Shown here: positions 22,735 through 35,317 of the stretch, piece by piece
Numbering within the stretch: the first letter of the stretch is position 1
How the letters are laid out: every line of letters starts with the position of its first letter
Assembly: GCF_035084215.1 (NCBI RefSeq)
Contig: NW_027138407.1
Location: 806,001 to 870,000, forward strand
Reading direction: 5' to 3'
Length of the DNA stretch: 64,000 nt
DNA from: Heptranchias perlo
Lineage: Eukaryota
The notes under the pieces: generated by a model
The model's input: only the letters and a program-made list of their open reading frames with translations
Told to the model about the DNA's origin: nothing
The model's database searches: none
Made by a program: the position numbers and the translations under genes

Positions 22735-23715
22735 AGAATCATAGAATGGTTACGGCACAGAAGGAGGCTATTCGGCCCATTGAGCCTGCTCCGGCTTTCT
22801 GCAAGAGCAATCCAGCTAGTCCCACACCCACGCTCTTTCCCCGTAGCTCTGCAATTTATTCTCCTCCAGGTATCTACCTAATTCCTTTTTGAAAGCCACA
22901 ATTGAACCTGCTTCCACCACCCTTTCAGGAAGTGCATTCCAGATGCCAACTACTCGCTGCTTAAAAACGATTTCTCCTCATGTCACCTTTGGTTCTTTTG
23001 CCAATCGCCTTAAACCTGTGTCCTCTGGTTCGCGAACCTTCCGCCAGTGGGAACAGTTTTTCTTTATTTACTTTGTCTAGTCCTTTCATGATTTAGAACA
23101 CCTCTATCAAATCTCCTCCCAACCTTCTGTGCTCTAAGGAGAAAAATCCCAGCTTTTCCAGTCTATCCACGTAACTCTTGTCCCTCATCCCTGGAACCAT
23201 TCTAGTTAATCTTTTCTGCACCCTCTTTAAGGCCTTCACATCTTTCCTAAAGTGCCGTGCCCAGATTTGGACACAATACTCCAACTGTGGCCGAACCAGG
23301 TTCAACATAACATCTTCACTTTATGCATCTATTTATAAAGCCCAGGATCCCGTATACTTTTTAACACTTTCTTAACCTGTCCTGCCATCTTCAATCACAT
23401 GTGTACATTTACCTCCCAGGACTATCTGTTCCTGCACCCCCTATAGAATTGTACAATTTAGTTTATACTGCCTCTCCTCGTTCTCAGCGTTAAATTTTAT
23501 CTGCCGCGTGTCCGCCCATTCCACCAGCCTGCCTATGTCCTCTTGAAATCTATCAATATCCTCCTCATTGTTTATTACAAGTTTTGTGTCATCTGCAAAT
23601 TTTGAAATTGTGCTCTGTACACCCAAGTCCAAGTCATTAATATATATCAAGAAAAGCAATAGTCCCAGTACCGACCCCTGGAGAACACCACTGTATACCT
23701 TCCTCCAGTCTGAAA
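22735..23715 (-). mobile_element. CR1 LINE 3' fragment (RT C-half)
   Basis: QGSVLG..YINDL..FADD and RPQLEYCVQ.W peptides. Confidence 0.85.
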
Positions 23716-23932
23716 AAGCAATGTTTATTAAGCAATGTTTGGTCAGAAAAAAAGGCAATCGAGTTTCTGGAATGACAGTTTATCATTAACGTGCTACTAA
23801 ATAAAAATGAATTTACATCCAACATTTTACTTCTCCGTCCCTGCGCAGATTAACAACATTTTCTACTGAACTGATAATGTGGTGATTATATTAAGGCGGC
23901 TGTCTGTTTCCTCACCCGCATTAATGTGGTGA

Positions 23933-23948
23933 TAGCGCCACCTGGTGG
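23933..23948 (-). promoter_or_regulatory. CTCF consensus motif
   Basis: CCACCAGGTGGCGCTA on the minus strand. Confidence 0.6.
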
Positions 23949-23965
23949 ATCGAGTGCTGCGGATT

Positions 23966-24377
23966 AATTTTTTTTTTATTCGCTCACGGGATGTGGGCGT
24001 CGCTGGCAAGGTCGGCATTTATTGCCCATCCCTAATTGCCCTTGAGAAGGTGGTGGTGAGCCACCTTCTTGAGTGAGATTTTACAACTGAGTGGCTTGCT
24101 AGGCCATTTCAGAGAGCAATTAAGAATCAACCACATTGCTGTGGGTCTGGAGTCACATATAGGCCAGACGGCTTCCTTCCCTAAAGGACATTAGTGAACC
24201 AGATGTTTTTTTACGACAATCCGGTAGTTTCATGGCCATCATTACTGATACTAGTATTTTTAATTCCAGATTTTTATTTAATTAATTGAATTTAAATTCG
24301 CCAGCTGCTGTCGTGGGATTTGAACTCATGCCTCTGGATTACTAGCCCAGTAACATAACCACTATGCTACCGTACCC
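23966..24377 (-). mobile_element. tRNA-headed SINE sharing its head with the LINE at 2313-4998
   Basis: A-box TAGCATAGTGG, B-box GAGTTCAAATCCC; body matches ~2755-3107; tail ..GCCAGCGACGCCCACATCCCGTGAGCGAATAAAAAA. Confidence 0.8.
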
Positions 24378-25324
24378 TTATGGTAGCCTGCTATTCTGAT
24401 CGCGCACCGATGATTTGTTAAAACCTGCTAACAAATAACGAGAAGAGTTCATCCGTTATCGGAATCATGAACGCGTACATCGAAGATACGTTTCAAAGTT
24501 TCATGAACAATGTGGAAACAATTTTGCAAACGAACTGGCTCAACCGGGCGGAATATATACGTTTAAAATCCGAACCATGAACCAAATATCCTCCAGTGAT
24601 AGTTTATCCGCTGACCACTGCGTTCCCTGATCGTCAAACTTGTTATTGGATCTCCCTACCTTCAATTCTATCTATCTGCCTACCTATTCATGTATGATTC
24701 GATGTGCCTCTATATTCATCCATCTATCTACCGACCAATAGCGACTATATACTGCAGAGAAGTGTAGACTTAGGGGTTATCTGATCGAGTTGACAGTTTG
24801 TTCCAATTAAATAGGTTAGGGAGGACCAGGGGGTCACAATTTTAAGTTGCATAAGGCCAGATTGAGGTTAGATGTCAGGAGGTGGTTCTTTCACCAGAGA
24901 ATAGTGGACTTCTGGGCCAAACTGGCCGCTTGTGCGGTGGACGCCAATTCGCTGAATTCCTTCAAGTAAGAGCTGGACCTGTTTTCGGCTGGGGCAAAGA
25001 TCAACTCCTTCAAAATGTAGGTACTGTACGATGTTAATCAGGACCAGGTGGCCTGTTGGGCTAGTTTTAATCGCCTAAGAAGGCTGGAGAGGAATTTCCA
25101 AGATTTAATTTTGCCAAATTGGCCTGTGCTTTTATCAGATATTTTGCCTCTCCTGGGAGGTTACATGGTTTCGGGTATGGAGGGGAGCGTATATATTGTG
25201 ATACACAAGGCTCGCAGTTATGTGGGACAGACTGGACGGACCAGAGGTGATTTCCTGTCTGTCATTGTTCGTCTGTTCGATTTTCTTTCTATCTCTCGAC
25301 CATCGTTATATCTATCTGGCTTCG

Positions 25325-25945
25325 AGGAACATAGGAACATTGGAACAGGAGTAGGCCATTCAGCTCTTCGTGCCTGCTCCGCCATTTGATAAGATCATGG
25401 CTGATCTGTGATCTAACTCTATATACCTGCCTTTGGCCCATATCCCTGAATACCTTTGATTGCCAAAAAGCTATCTATCTCACATTTAAATTTAGCAATT
25501 GAGCTAGTATCAATTGCAGCTTGCGGAAGAGAGTTCCAAACTTCTACCACCCTTTGTGTGTAGAAATGTTTTCTAATCTCACTCCTGAAAGGTCTGGCTC
25601 TAATATTTAGACTGTGCCCCCTACTCCTAGAATCCCCAACCAGCGGAAATAGTTTCTCTCTATCCACCCTATCTGTTCCCCTTAATATCTTATAAACTTC
25701 GATCAGATCACCACTTAACCTTCGAAACTCTAGAGAATACAACCCCAATTTGTGTAATCTCTCCTCGTAACTTAACCCTTGAAGTCCGGGTATCATTCTA
25801 GTAAACCTACGCTGCGCTCCCTCCAAGGCCAATATGTCCTTCCGAAGGTGCGGTGCCCAGAACTGCTCTCAGTACTCCAGGTGCGGTCTAACCAGGGTTT
25901 TGTAGAGCTGCAGCATAACTTCTGCCCTTTGTACTCTAGTCCTCT
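25325..25945 (-). mobile_element. CR1 LINE 3' fragment
   Basis: ORF 25419..25832 is the CR1 C-terminus. Confidence 0.85.
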
Positions 25946-26266
25946 ATCTGCCTGTCTATCTATGAATCTGTCTATATCAATCTGTTTTGCTCTCTGTTTA
26001 TCCAATGACGATTAAAGAAATGACGGCACACAATTGGAAAATGCCAGCTTAATTCAATTCAAGTATGATCCCGGTGACACAAATTACCTAAAGTTGTTGC
26101 ATCAAACTGCATTGAGTCCATTGTATCTAGGAACATAGGAACAGGAGTCGGTCATCTCACTGCAGTTGAAAGAAATGCAGTAAGCAGTTCAATGTATCAC
26201 ACTTTACGTGACTTTAAAGAGGAGGGAGGTTTTTGTACGGTGACTGGCGCGTTTCCTCTCATTGTG

Positions 26267-26681
26267 AGGCTTATTGCACACCAATACACCGCGGTATCCG
26301 CATATTCCGTGCTCGTGACGGTAAATCGGCCACGTTTGTCCGCAGTGTAAAGATCCCATTCAAAGCGGCCTATGCTCTCTTTGCCACCCGACGTCTGCCT
26401 TTTTATCATCTCCGGTCCCTGGCTGGATTTCTGCCTGTACCACAGCATAGCATAGAAATTGGAGGCGTCATAGCTGCAGTCCATCTGCACCGAATCTCCA
26501 ACGTAGACTGTCTTCGAAGCGGGGGACTGGCGTACCTGATCGGCGAGGCATCGACCTGCGGAAAACATTCAGATGTTCAAACCTCAGGGGCAACCCGAAT
26601 TGGAAACACTCCCCATGTTATTTTACTACAGTGTCAAGACCTACATGCTAACAGCAGCACAATGATGGGTAACACGTTCAT
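26267..26681 (-). CDS. TCR alpha/delta V segment, intact
   Basis: Leader 26681-26645 MNVLPIIVLLLA; V exon 26555-26267 DQVRQSP..CSY..WYRQ..DTAVYWCAI; RSS CACAATG (26266-26260), 23 bp, ACAAAAACC (26236-26228). Confidence 0.93.
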
Positions 26682-26914
26682 CTGCAGGTTGTAATGGATC
26701 CTTATAGTTCAAGTTATACCGAGGAAAAGATACGCAGTTCGCACCAGACGAACGCGAATTGATAGCACCAAGTTTACAAAGGCAGCAATAAAGCCTCGGA
26801 GCGAAAAAAAAGTGTCGGTCACGTGTGTACGCTGCTTTTGGATTGGTCCGAAATGCATAAGTTCATAAAGTTTTGTTCATAGAATGCAATGTTATATCAC
26901 ACGCATCAAGTCTC

Positions 26915-27430
26915 ATTCTCCCATCATCCAAAACTCTGCTGCCCCCGTATCCTAACTCACACCAAGTCCCGTTCTCCCATCACCCCCTGTGTTCGCTGAC
27001 CTACATTGGCGCCCAGTCCGGCAACGCCTTGAATTTAAAATTCTCATCCTTGTTTTCAAATCCCCCCATCGACCCTCGCCCCCCTCCCTATCTCTGTAAC
27101 ATCCTCCAGCCCGACAACCCTCCGAGATCTCTGCGCTCCTCCAATTCTGGCCTCCTTCTCATCCCCGATTTTAATCGCTCCACCATTGGCGGCCGTGCCT
27201 TCAGCTGCCTAGGCTCTCGAATTCCCTCACTAAACCTCTCCGCCTCTCTACACCTTTCTCCTCCTTCACGACGCTCCATAACGCCTACCTCTTTGACCAA
27301 GCTTTCGGTCACCTGTTCTAATATCTCCTTACGTGGCTCGGTGTCAAATTTTATTTGATAATCGCTCATGTGAAGCGCCTTGGGATGTTTTACTGCGTTA
27401 AATGCGCTACATAATTGCAAGTTGTCGTTG
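26915..27430 (+). mobile_element. L2-like LINE 3' fragment
   Basis: Homologous to 10770-11182. Confidence 0.8.
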
Positions 27431-27719
27431 AATAATTGAGGCAGAAGTCATTGCATCTCTTAAATTTAACGTGGTTAAAGATTGGAAGCAGAGGAATATA
27501 AAGAATTATGGTGAAGGAGAAGGGCTCTTGGGATTAATTTTGGGATTGCTCTAGGTAAGCATCGGCAGGGATACAATGGGGCCGAATGGCCCTGGGCTCT
27601 GCTGCAGGCAGAATCGTGCAGAATACCAGCGAGGAGCAGGGGTCAGATTCCCTGCTGCTTGTTCAGCAAGGGCCACTGTAGTCCTTAATGCGTTGCCTTG
27701 CGAGTCTACGTGAAACAGG

Positions 27720-28170
27720 GAGACATTGTAAGCAGCGCAGATGGGAGCACCAAGTTACAAAAGGGACATAGACAGATTAAGTGAGTGGGCAAGACTGCGG
27801 AAAATGGAATTCAACGTGGGAAAATGTGAGGTCGTCCAGTTTGGATCCAAGATAAACAAATCGAAATATTTTCTAAACAACGAGAAACTAGGAAACTGTG
27901 GAGGAGCAAAGAGGTTTGGGAGTCCAAGTATACAAATGACTGCAAGCTAGTGGACAGGTACAAATAAGCAATCAAAAACACGAATAGAATGTTCTTTAGT
28001 GGGATGGAATACGAAGGGGAGAAAGTTATATTATAGTTGTACAGAACCTTCGTCAGGAGTAGTGCGTTCTAATGGAGCTGAGGTCGAAGATCAGCCATGA
28101 TCTTATTGAATGGCGGAGCAGGCCGGAATATGGCCGACTCCTGCTCCTATTTCTTATCTTCTTATGTTCT
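27720..28170 (+). mobile_element. Degraded CR1 fragment
   Basis: DIDRLSEWA..MEFNVGKCEV peptide plus 3' UTR. Confidence 0.7.
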
Positions 28171-28395
28171 AATGTATCTGGACAGGTTTTCCTGTCAGTG
28201 CAGTCCAGCATTTCTCCCATCTTACTCCACATGCCAACACACTACCGGACTACGGTGGTATTAGCTGCACAAGTAGTGGGAAGGTTACCCTTGCTGTGTG
28301 CTGCCATGATTGTACGATTTTGACCGATCAAGCCCCAGTAGTACCCGCTGCGCAGGCTTACCATAGAACTGTAGCGGTTTTCAGCTAACCCGAAA

Positions 28396-28572
28396 GCCAT
28401 GAAGCACATTGTATCTCGGAACACGGGAACCGGAGTGGGCCATGATGCACACTGTATCTAGGAACACAGGAACAGGAGTCGGCCATGAAGCACATTGTAT
28501 CTAGGAACACAGGAACAGGAGTCGGCCATGAAGCACACTGTATCTAGGAACACAGGAACAGGAGTCGGCCAT
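28396..28572. repeat. 43-bp tandem repeat, ~4 copies
   Basis: GGCCATGAAGCACATTGTATCTAGGAACACAGGAACAGGAGTC period at 28438, 28481, 28524 and 28567. Confidence 0.9.
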
Positions 28573-29236
28573 TCATCCCAATGTGTCTGTGCCGACTCTC
28601 TGCTGCGGTAATCCGAAACTAATCCCGCTTCAAAGCGGTTCCCGTACTGACGTAGAGTGAAACCCATTTAGTGCGCTGCTGACTTGCGTCGCTAGAACTG
28701 TCATTTGTTTATTTGTCACGTTATTCGTTACCTCCACGTACAGCGAGCTGCCTTTCACCTTAAGTCTCGACTATTTGTAGTCCATGGTTTAGTAAACGAA
28801 CGGAGTGAGGAATGCCGAGGGTCAGGGCAGGGCTGCGTGTTGCTGTTGTGCAAGTAGAGCACGACGCAATAAATATTGATATGGATAGGCACATATATAT
28901 ATAAAAATGTAAATGGATTAACATATAAATATAACTTTTTGTCTGTTGAATAGAGCAAGGTGTCACCAGGAAAATTTATTTAGGCAGATCATTCTTACAG
29001 CATGGGATGCTGTGCTGGAGGGTGCGGTTGAAGGGAACAGTGATCAATATTTCATGCAGAGGTAGCTAAGGGGCTACGGCGAGACAGTGGGACATTGGAA
29101 TTTTGTTCCATCAACAAAGAGCGGCGCAGAAACCATCGGCAGGATGCTCTCCTTCTTTGCTTGCAAACTGCTATGGTCCGAGTACAAGAAAAGGAAGGGT
29201 TTTTGTACAGCGATTCCGCCGCTTCCTATCAGTGTG

Positions 29237-29642
29237 AGGATCCATTGCACAGTAATACACGGCGGCTTCAGCCAACTCAACGCTATTGATGGTGAACTTG
29301 CCGCCCTTGTCAGCTGTGACAAGCTCCAATTCAAATCGGCCACTGGTCTTTCGGCCGGTCGATGTTCTTTGAATTATCAACTCCGGACGTTCATTATATT
29401 GTTGCTTGTACCAGTTCATGCGATAGTAGGTCGAGGACTGATAGCTGCAATCCATCTGCACAGAACCTCCGACCCAAACAATTTCTGCAGTGGGAGGCTG
29501 TCGCACTTGCTGTGCTTCGCACCGGCCTGTGAACACATTAAAACACTGAAACACGGGCATCACTCAATCACACAGTCCCTATCACCTTCCGTTGTAAATA
29601 CCTACATGTCAAGATTAGCAAAATCGCTGATAATAGGTTCAT
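29237..29642 (-). CDS. TCR alpha/delta V segment, intact (same family as 26267-26681)
   Basis: Leader 29642-29606 MNLLSAILLILT; V exon 29526-29237 QQVRQPP..CSY..WYKQ..AAVYYCAM; RSS CACACTG (29236-29230), 23 bp, ACAAAAACC (29206-29198). Confidence 0.93.
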
Positions 29643-30446
29643 TTTACCGCCTGATGTATCTTGGCGATTATAATTCAGTAGGCCAGAGGCAGACCACTGA
29701 CAACGCGACTCGATTAACCTTTTCTATTTATGCCCAGGACAACATCCGACACATGAGTCATCTACCACAGCTGCCATCAAATCAAACGCTCCCCCATATA
29801 ATGATGGTCGAAACGTCACGTTTAAGTTTCCTCCCAGCTCGCTATCCATTGGCCACGTCTTAAACATAGCCGGAAGATGCCTTCTGATATTTACTCGCTC
29901 CGTTCCTTTGGGCATCTCTTATGCTGTCATGTTACTCGGTGTCTATGATGTCCCTAATACAAAGCTAACGGTGTCATTCTTAGCCTAATCGAATTTACAA
30001 ATGTAACAATACAAAGTGTAGACAGGGAACTTTGTCAAATCAGCAAGGTCTATTCAATAATTGTATCATAACAGGAGCAATAAGCACGTGATAACCCGAT
30101 TACAAATTTAATACTGGGAACCAAAGTTTCAATTGTAACAAAGGGATGGGATGGGAGGGGAGGGATGGAGAGAGTTGGGGAGGGAGGGGAGGGGAGTGGT
30201 TTATGTTTTCCATACCCAGATTGAAAGTGAAGTCTTTTGCAATGTTGCCACCTGGCGTTATTGGCAGTTCCACTCACGTGTTGGCTGTCTTAGAAATGAA
30301 AGAATGTTTAAAACGGAGGAAGAAATTCTTTGGTCGCTATGAGTAACGACATATTAAAAGGTTTGGCAAGATTTCTTGTTTCCGGATTTTTATGGAAACA
30401 GTCAGCAAGTACAACTTGAGAAAAAAAAACACGAAATACCTTATAT

Positions 30447-31133
30447 TGCCAACCTGGTGAAGCTACAACTCAGGACTACATGCATGCTAAACAGCGGAAG
30501 CAACATGCTATAGACAGAGCTAAGAGATTCCACAACCAACGGATCAGATCAAAGCTCTGCAGTCCTGCCACATCCAGTCGTGAATGGTGGTGGACAATTA
30601 AACAACCAACGAGAGGAGGAGGCTCTGTAAATATCCCCATCCTCAATGATGGCGGAGTCCAGCAAGTGAGCGCAAAAGACAAGGCCGAAGCGTTTGTAAC
30701 CATCTTCAGCCAGAAGTGCCGAGTGGATGATCCATCTCGGCCTCCTCCCGATATCCCCACCATCACAGAAGCCAGTCTTCAGCCAATTCGATTCACTCCA
30801 CGTGATATCAAGAAACGGCTGAGTGCACTGGATACAGCAAAGGCCATGGGCCCCGACAACATCCCGGCTGTAGTGCTGAAGATTTGTGCTCCAGAACTAG
30901 CTGCGCCTCTAGCCAAGCTGTTCCAGTACAGCTACAATACTGGCATCTACCCGACAATGTTGAAAATTGCCCAGGTATGTCCTGTCCACAAAAAGCAGGA
31001 CAAATCCATTCCTGCCAATTACCGCCCCATCAGTCTACTCTCAATCATCAGCAAAGTGATGGAAGGTGTCGTCGACAGTGCTATCAAGTGGCACTTACTC
31101 ACCAATAACCTGCTCACCGATGCTCAGTTTGGG
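30447..31133 (+). mobile_element. Internal fragment of the LINE family at 3116-4998
   Basis: ORF 30480..31166 nearly identical to ORF 3738..4559. Confidence 0.9.
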
Positions 31134-31339
31134 TTGCGCCTCTATTCAAAAAGGGGAGAGGAATAAACATGATAACTACAGGTCTAATTCGCCAAGTGTG
31201 TTACATTCCGTGTCGGTTAAATTCTGCATTGACAAGGTAGAGTAAAGGGGATGTAAGTGTCTAAGATTAAGAGTATCAGGGTTGTATTTACGGTGCGGCC
31301 CCAAGGGAATATAAGTTTATTCATGGCTACAGGTCATAA

Positions 31340-31535
31340 AAATAACAATAACAATAAAAATAACAATACCAATGCCAATAACAAAACCATTACCAATTAC
31401 AATAACAACAAATACCAAAACTAAAACCAATATCGATGCTAATACCAATAACAATAACAATATCAATAGCAATAATAATAACATTAATAATAACAATAAT
31501 AATTATTATTACTATGGGAAAACAACAACAAGAAG
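31340..31535. repeat. (AAC/AAT)n degenerate microsatellite
   Basis: Visible in the sequence. Confidence 0.85.
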
Positions 31536-31669
31536 AAATTGAAGAAGATGTTACAATTTGATGCCTTATATAGGTTTATAGTACAAACCCATTGGAAGAT
31601 GACTCGGTAATCGACACATGGCCCTGCTCCCTTTAAGTGTTTGTTAAAGCTGAATAAATCCTTGGACAA

Positions 31670-31685
31670 CAGCGCCATCTGCAGG
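31670..31685 (-). promoter_or_regulatory. CTCF consensus motif
   Basis: CCTGCAGATGGCGCTG on the minus strand. Confidence 0.55.
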
Positions 31686-32619
31686 TCGCAAATTGTGCAT
31701 TGCAATAGTGTGTCAATTCAATTGTGCATACATCTTATACACGTTAGTGATCGGGAAACTTTTTCGCAAAATAATATCACACCAGCCCTTCATCTAATCA
31801 TACTCTGATATCCCAGACATGGTGTTTCACATTAATTCAATTTGGCGATAATTGAGTGAAATTTCCTCTGGTCCCTGTCAACTCTTACCGCTATCATAAG
31901 CACAGCCAGAACATTTTTAATTAATATTGATTCACAGGGAAATCTGAAATCCGTTTTTTTCTCACTAAAATATTGATCATGGCAAATCACCAGCGCTGCT
32001 CAATGGTCGTGCAGGCGCATGTACCAGAGAAGATCATAGGACAATATTTCTACTTTTGGTCTGTATAACTAATAACAGGCGAGATTCCCTCTATGTGCTT
32101 TGTATATCTAAAGGACCAATTTATAAGGAACCGATAGGTAGATGATGCCAGAGAGGGAGAGGGCAAGGCAGGAGACCCAGCGGGACTGGAGTTCCAAATA
32201 AACGGGGCAAGATATATGAAGGGAAAACTTGGTGGAAGTGAGGGAGCGAGGAAAGAACAGTAGGCCGGTGCTGGAGTACCGGGAGTGGAACCGTGCAGAC
32301 CAGACTGAACAGATAACGGAGTTAGGCAGAGGCGAGGCAGTGAGTGAATTGGAAGACGAGGACGAACATATCCTGGAACAATTGTTTTCAGTCTTGTCAT
32401 TCACATCCCCTTTAAAGTCCCACTACTTGTTTGGATCGAGGATTAATTACAGTTCACTCACGGTTCCAAATGGGGCCACACAATTGAGTTATATTGGGCC
32501 AAAATAATTCCCGTCCAGTCATAACCAACGTACTTTGAAATGGATTAATCTGGTTTATCACCCTGATATTTTCGAGGTACATTCAATTTGTGGTCAACAA
32601 GAACAATATCATTCGGTCA

Positions 32620-32803
32620 NNNNNNNNNNNNNNNNNNNNNNNNNNNNNNNNNNNNNNNNNNNNNNNNNNNNNNNNNNNNNNNNNNNNNNNNNNNNNNNNN
32701 NNNNNNNNNNNNNNNNNNNNNNNNNNNNNNNNNNNNNNNNNNNNNNNNNNNNNNNNNNNNNNNNNNNNNNNNNNNNNNNNNNNNNNNNNNNNNNNNNNNN
32801 NNN
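32620..32803. other. Assembly gap (N run)
   Basis: 184 N characters. Confidence 0.99.
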
Positions 32804-33013
32804 TTTATCTATTTCTATCTATTCCTATTTCTATCCGTCTCTCTCTATCATCTATCTATCCATCTATCTATCTATGTGACACTTCTTCTTCGGAGTACAC
32901 AGTTACAATGGATAATGAAACACAATGATACCGAGAGTCCCTTGTCACAGTCCCTCCCGTGCCATACAACCTGCAGTTTTTGTATAGGCTCTTGCCCTCA
33001 GTACACCACCGTG

Positions 33014-33426
33014 TGCGGTGTTAAGACACAAAAGTATTTCCTGGAATCCGCAGCTGTCACCTCTGAAACCGTTAAACTGACGGCTTTGTATGTTTTGGCC
33101 AAAGATGAGATGAAGCGCCCTTCGGCAAAGTTCGCATTGTCACTGAACCCATCGGTGCAGCGGATGAGAATAAACTCCAGGCCCACAGACCGACCCTCCC
33201 GGTACCAGTACAGGCAAACACTCGTTTCCTCTGTATAGGAGCAGGTTATGGTGGCGATCCCTCCCTCCTGAGCGGTCACCTCTTCCATTGGCTGATGAGT
33301 GATCCATCCATAGGCGCTGTCTAAAGGACGGAGAGGGAAACGTTTAGATAAAGTGCAGAAACTGTGAATAATAAATCCCAACAGGCGGGGAGAGAATCGC
33401 TCACGCAACAAAAGCGGGATAGCATT
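33014..33426 (-). pseudogene. TCR alpha/delta V segment with an extra Cys pair; leader exon apparently broken by a retroelement
   Basis: V exon 33320-33014 open (CSY..SVCLYWYR..IRCTDG..YFCVL); RSS CACGGTG (33013-33007), 23 bp, ACAAAAACT (32983-32975); donor GTGAGC at 33404-33399 preceded only by AIPLLL and then a retroelement tail. Confidence 0.75.
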
Positions 33427-33870
33427 TTAAAAATTGATTTTTGGGACATAGGCGTCGCTGGCAAGGCCGGCATTTATTGCCATTTTCAAGTTGCCCCTTG
33501 AGAAGGCGGTGATGGGCCGTCTTCGTGAATTACTGCAGTCCTTGCGGTCAAGGCAACCCCACGGTGCTGTTGGTAGGATTTTGACCAAGATATATCACCG
33601 ATATACGGCCGATATATCACCAAGCCTGAATGGTCTGTAACTTGGAGTGGAACTTGAACTTGGAGGTTTCCATGCTCCCGCTGCCGTCGTCGTTCTAAGT
33701 GGTGGAGGTCTCGGGTTTGGGGTGGGGGTGGGGGAGGGGGGATGCTGCCGAAGAAGTCTTGGCCAATTGCTGCAATGCATCCTGCAGATAGCACACTCGG
33801 TGCGCCGGTGGAGGAGGGAGTGGATGTTCGAGGTGGAGGGAGTGGATGTTTAAGGCGGAGGGAGTGGATG
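33425..33870 (-). mobile_element. LINE/SINE 3' end (same tail as 23966-24072)
   Basis: ..CTCAAGGGGCAAC..GCAATAAATGCCGGCCTTGCCAGCGACGCC tail. Confidence 0.7.
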
Positions 33871-35317
33871 CTTAAGCATAGGTGTTCTCTGAATGACATT
33901 ATCCAAACACAAATATGTGAGGAGCTTTAAATAAATAAACTGTTTCCACTGACAGGAGGGACGGTATCCAGAGCACACAGATTTAAGGTAATTGGCAAAA
34001 GAATCAGAGGGAAGATGAGGAGAAATTGTTTTTACCCAGAGAGTTTTTATGATCGGTAATCCATTACCTGAAAGGGTGGCGGAAGCAGATTCAATAGTAA
34101 CTTTCAAAAAGTAATTGGATAAATACGTGAAATGGAAAAAATGCAGGGCTATGGGGAAAGAGTGGGGGGGGGGGGGGGGGGGTCGCTGAGGGGTGGGACT
34201 AAACGGATAGCTCATTGGAGGAATTCAAAACGGGAGATGTAGGAGAGATGGGCACGGATTGGGGAGGTTAGGGTTAGGGTTAATGCAGGTTGAAAGATTC
34301 TGTGCAACAGAAAGAGATTGTGGTTGGACGGTTATTAACGGGCCTGAGGTTTTGCAATTAGAAAACAAAGGCAGTTATCTCCTTGTGTTTGCTGGATCAT
34401 CGGGTAAATTTTAATCTATATTTGCAACAAATAAATTAAATAGCTCTCTTCGCCCTTGTCATCCCTCTTCATGATTTTCTTTCAGATTAACGATAGTCCG
34501 GCATTAGAAACATTGGAACAGGCAACGGCCATTCAGCCCCTCGAGTCTGTTCCGCCATTCATTTCGATAATAGCTGATCTGCAACATAACTCCATCTACG
34601 CGCCTTGATTCTGTAAGCCCTAAATACCCCCCAACTATAATCTATCAATCTCAGTTTGCAATTTTCTGTTGACCTCCAGCCTCAACAGCTATTTGGGGGA
34701 GTGAGTTCCAGATTTCCACTATCCTTTATGTGAAGAAGTGTTTCCTGGCATTAGGTCTGAACGGCCCGGCTCTAATTTTAAGGTTAGGCCACTTTGCACT
34801 GGAATCGCCCACCAGATGAAATAATTTCTCTTTATCTACCCTATCAAATCCTTTAATCATCTTTAAACACTTCAATTTGATCACCCCTTAATCTTCTATA
34901 CTCAAGGGACTACAAAGCAAGTATATGAAACCTGTCCTCATAACTTAACCCCAGCACCAATCTGGTGAATTGATGTTGATATTAAAACAAAAAAAATACA
35001 TGAAATGTATACAAAAAGGCAGATTATCCTACATCAGAGTCATATTGTTATCAGGCCAGTTGTCGCTATAGGTAGGGGGAGAATTACTCTGGTCGCTGTG
35101 GGTATCGCCATGGTGAAATAATCACACAATAATCGCTTAACAATGTGGCTACACACAGAAACTCGAGCAATCCTTCATCCATTTGCCGATAGGGCGTTTA
35201 TCAGAAAGGACATAATTGTGGTTCTGACATTGTTTGAGTTGGGAGCGGTGAGCAGTTGGTATTTGCTCTTGTCTCCCCAGTTTTTGTAGCGGCTCCCCAT
35301 TGGGTTGTAACACGGTG

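Noticed and set aside
32050-32507. Overlapping 90-116-aa ORFs next to the gap
   Set aside because: No recognisable domain or splice structure
34266-34282. Interstitial telomere (TTAGGG)n
   Set aside because: Fewer than three units
32975-35280. NAR-TCR supporting V-delta (CDR1 Cys, no intact leader)
   Set aside because: The exon starts with a leader-part-2-like SAYG, a partial leader with a donor exists, and I saw no NAR-type V-D-J cassette upstream
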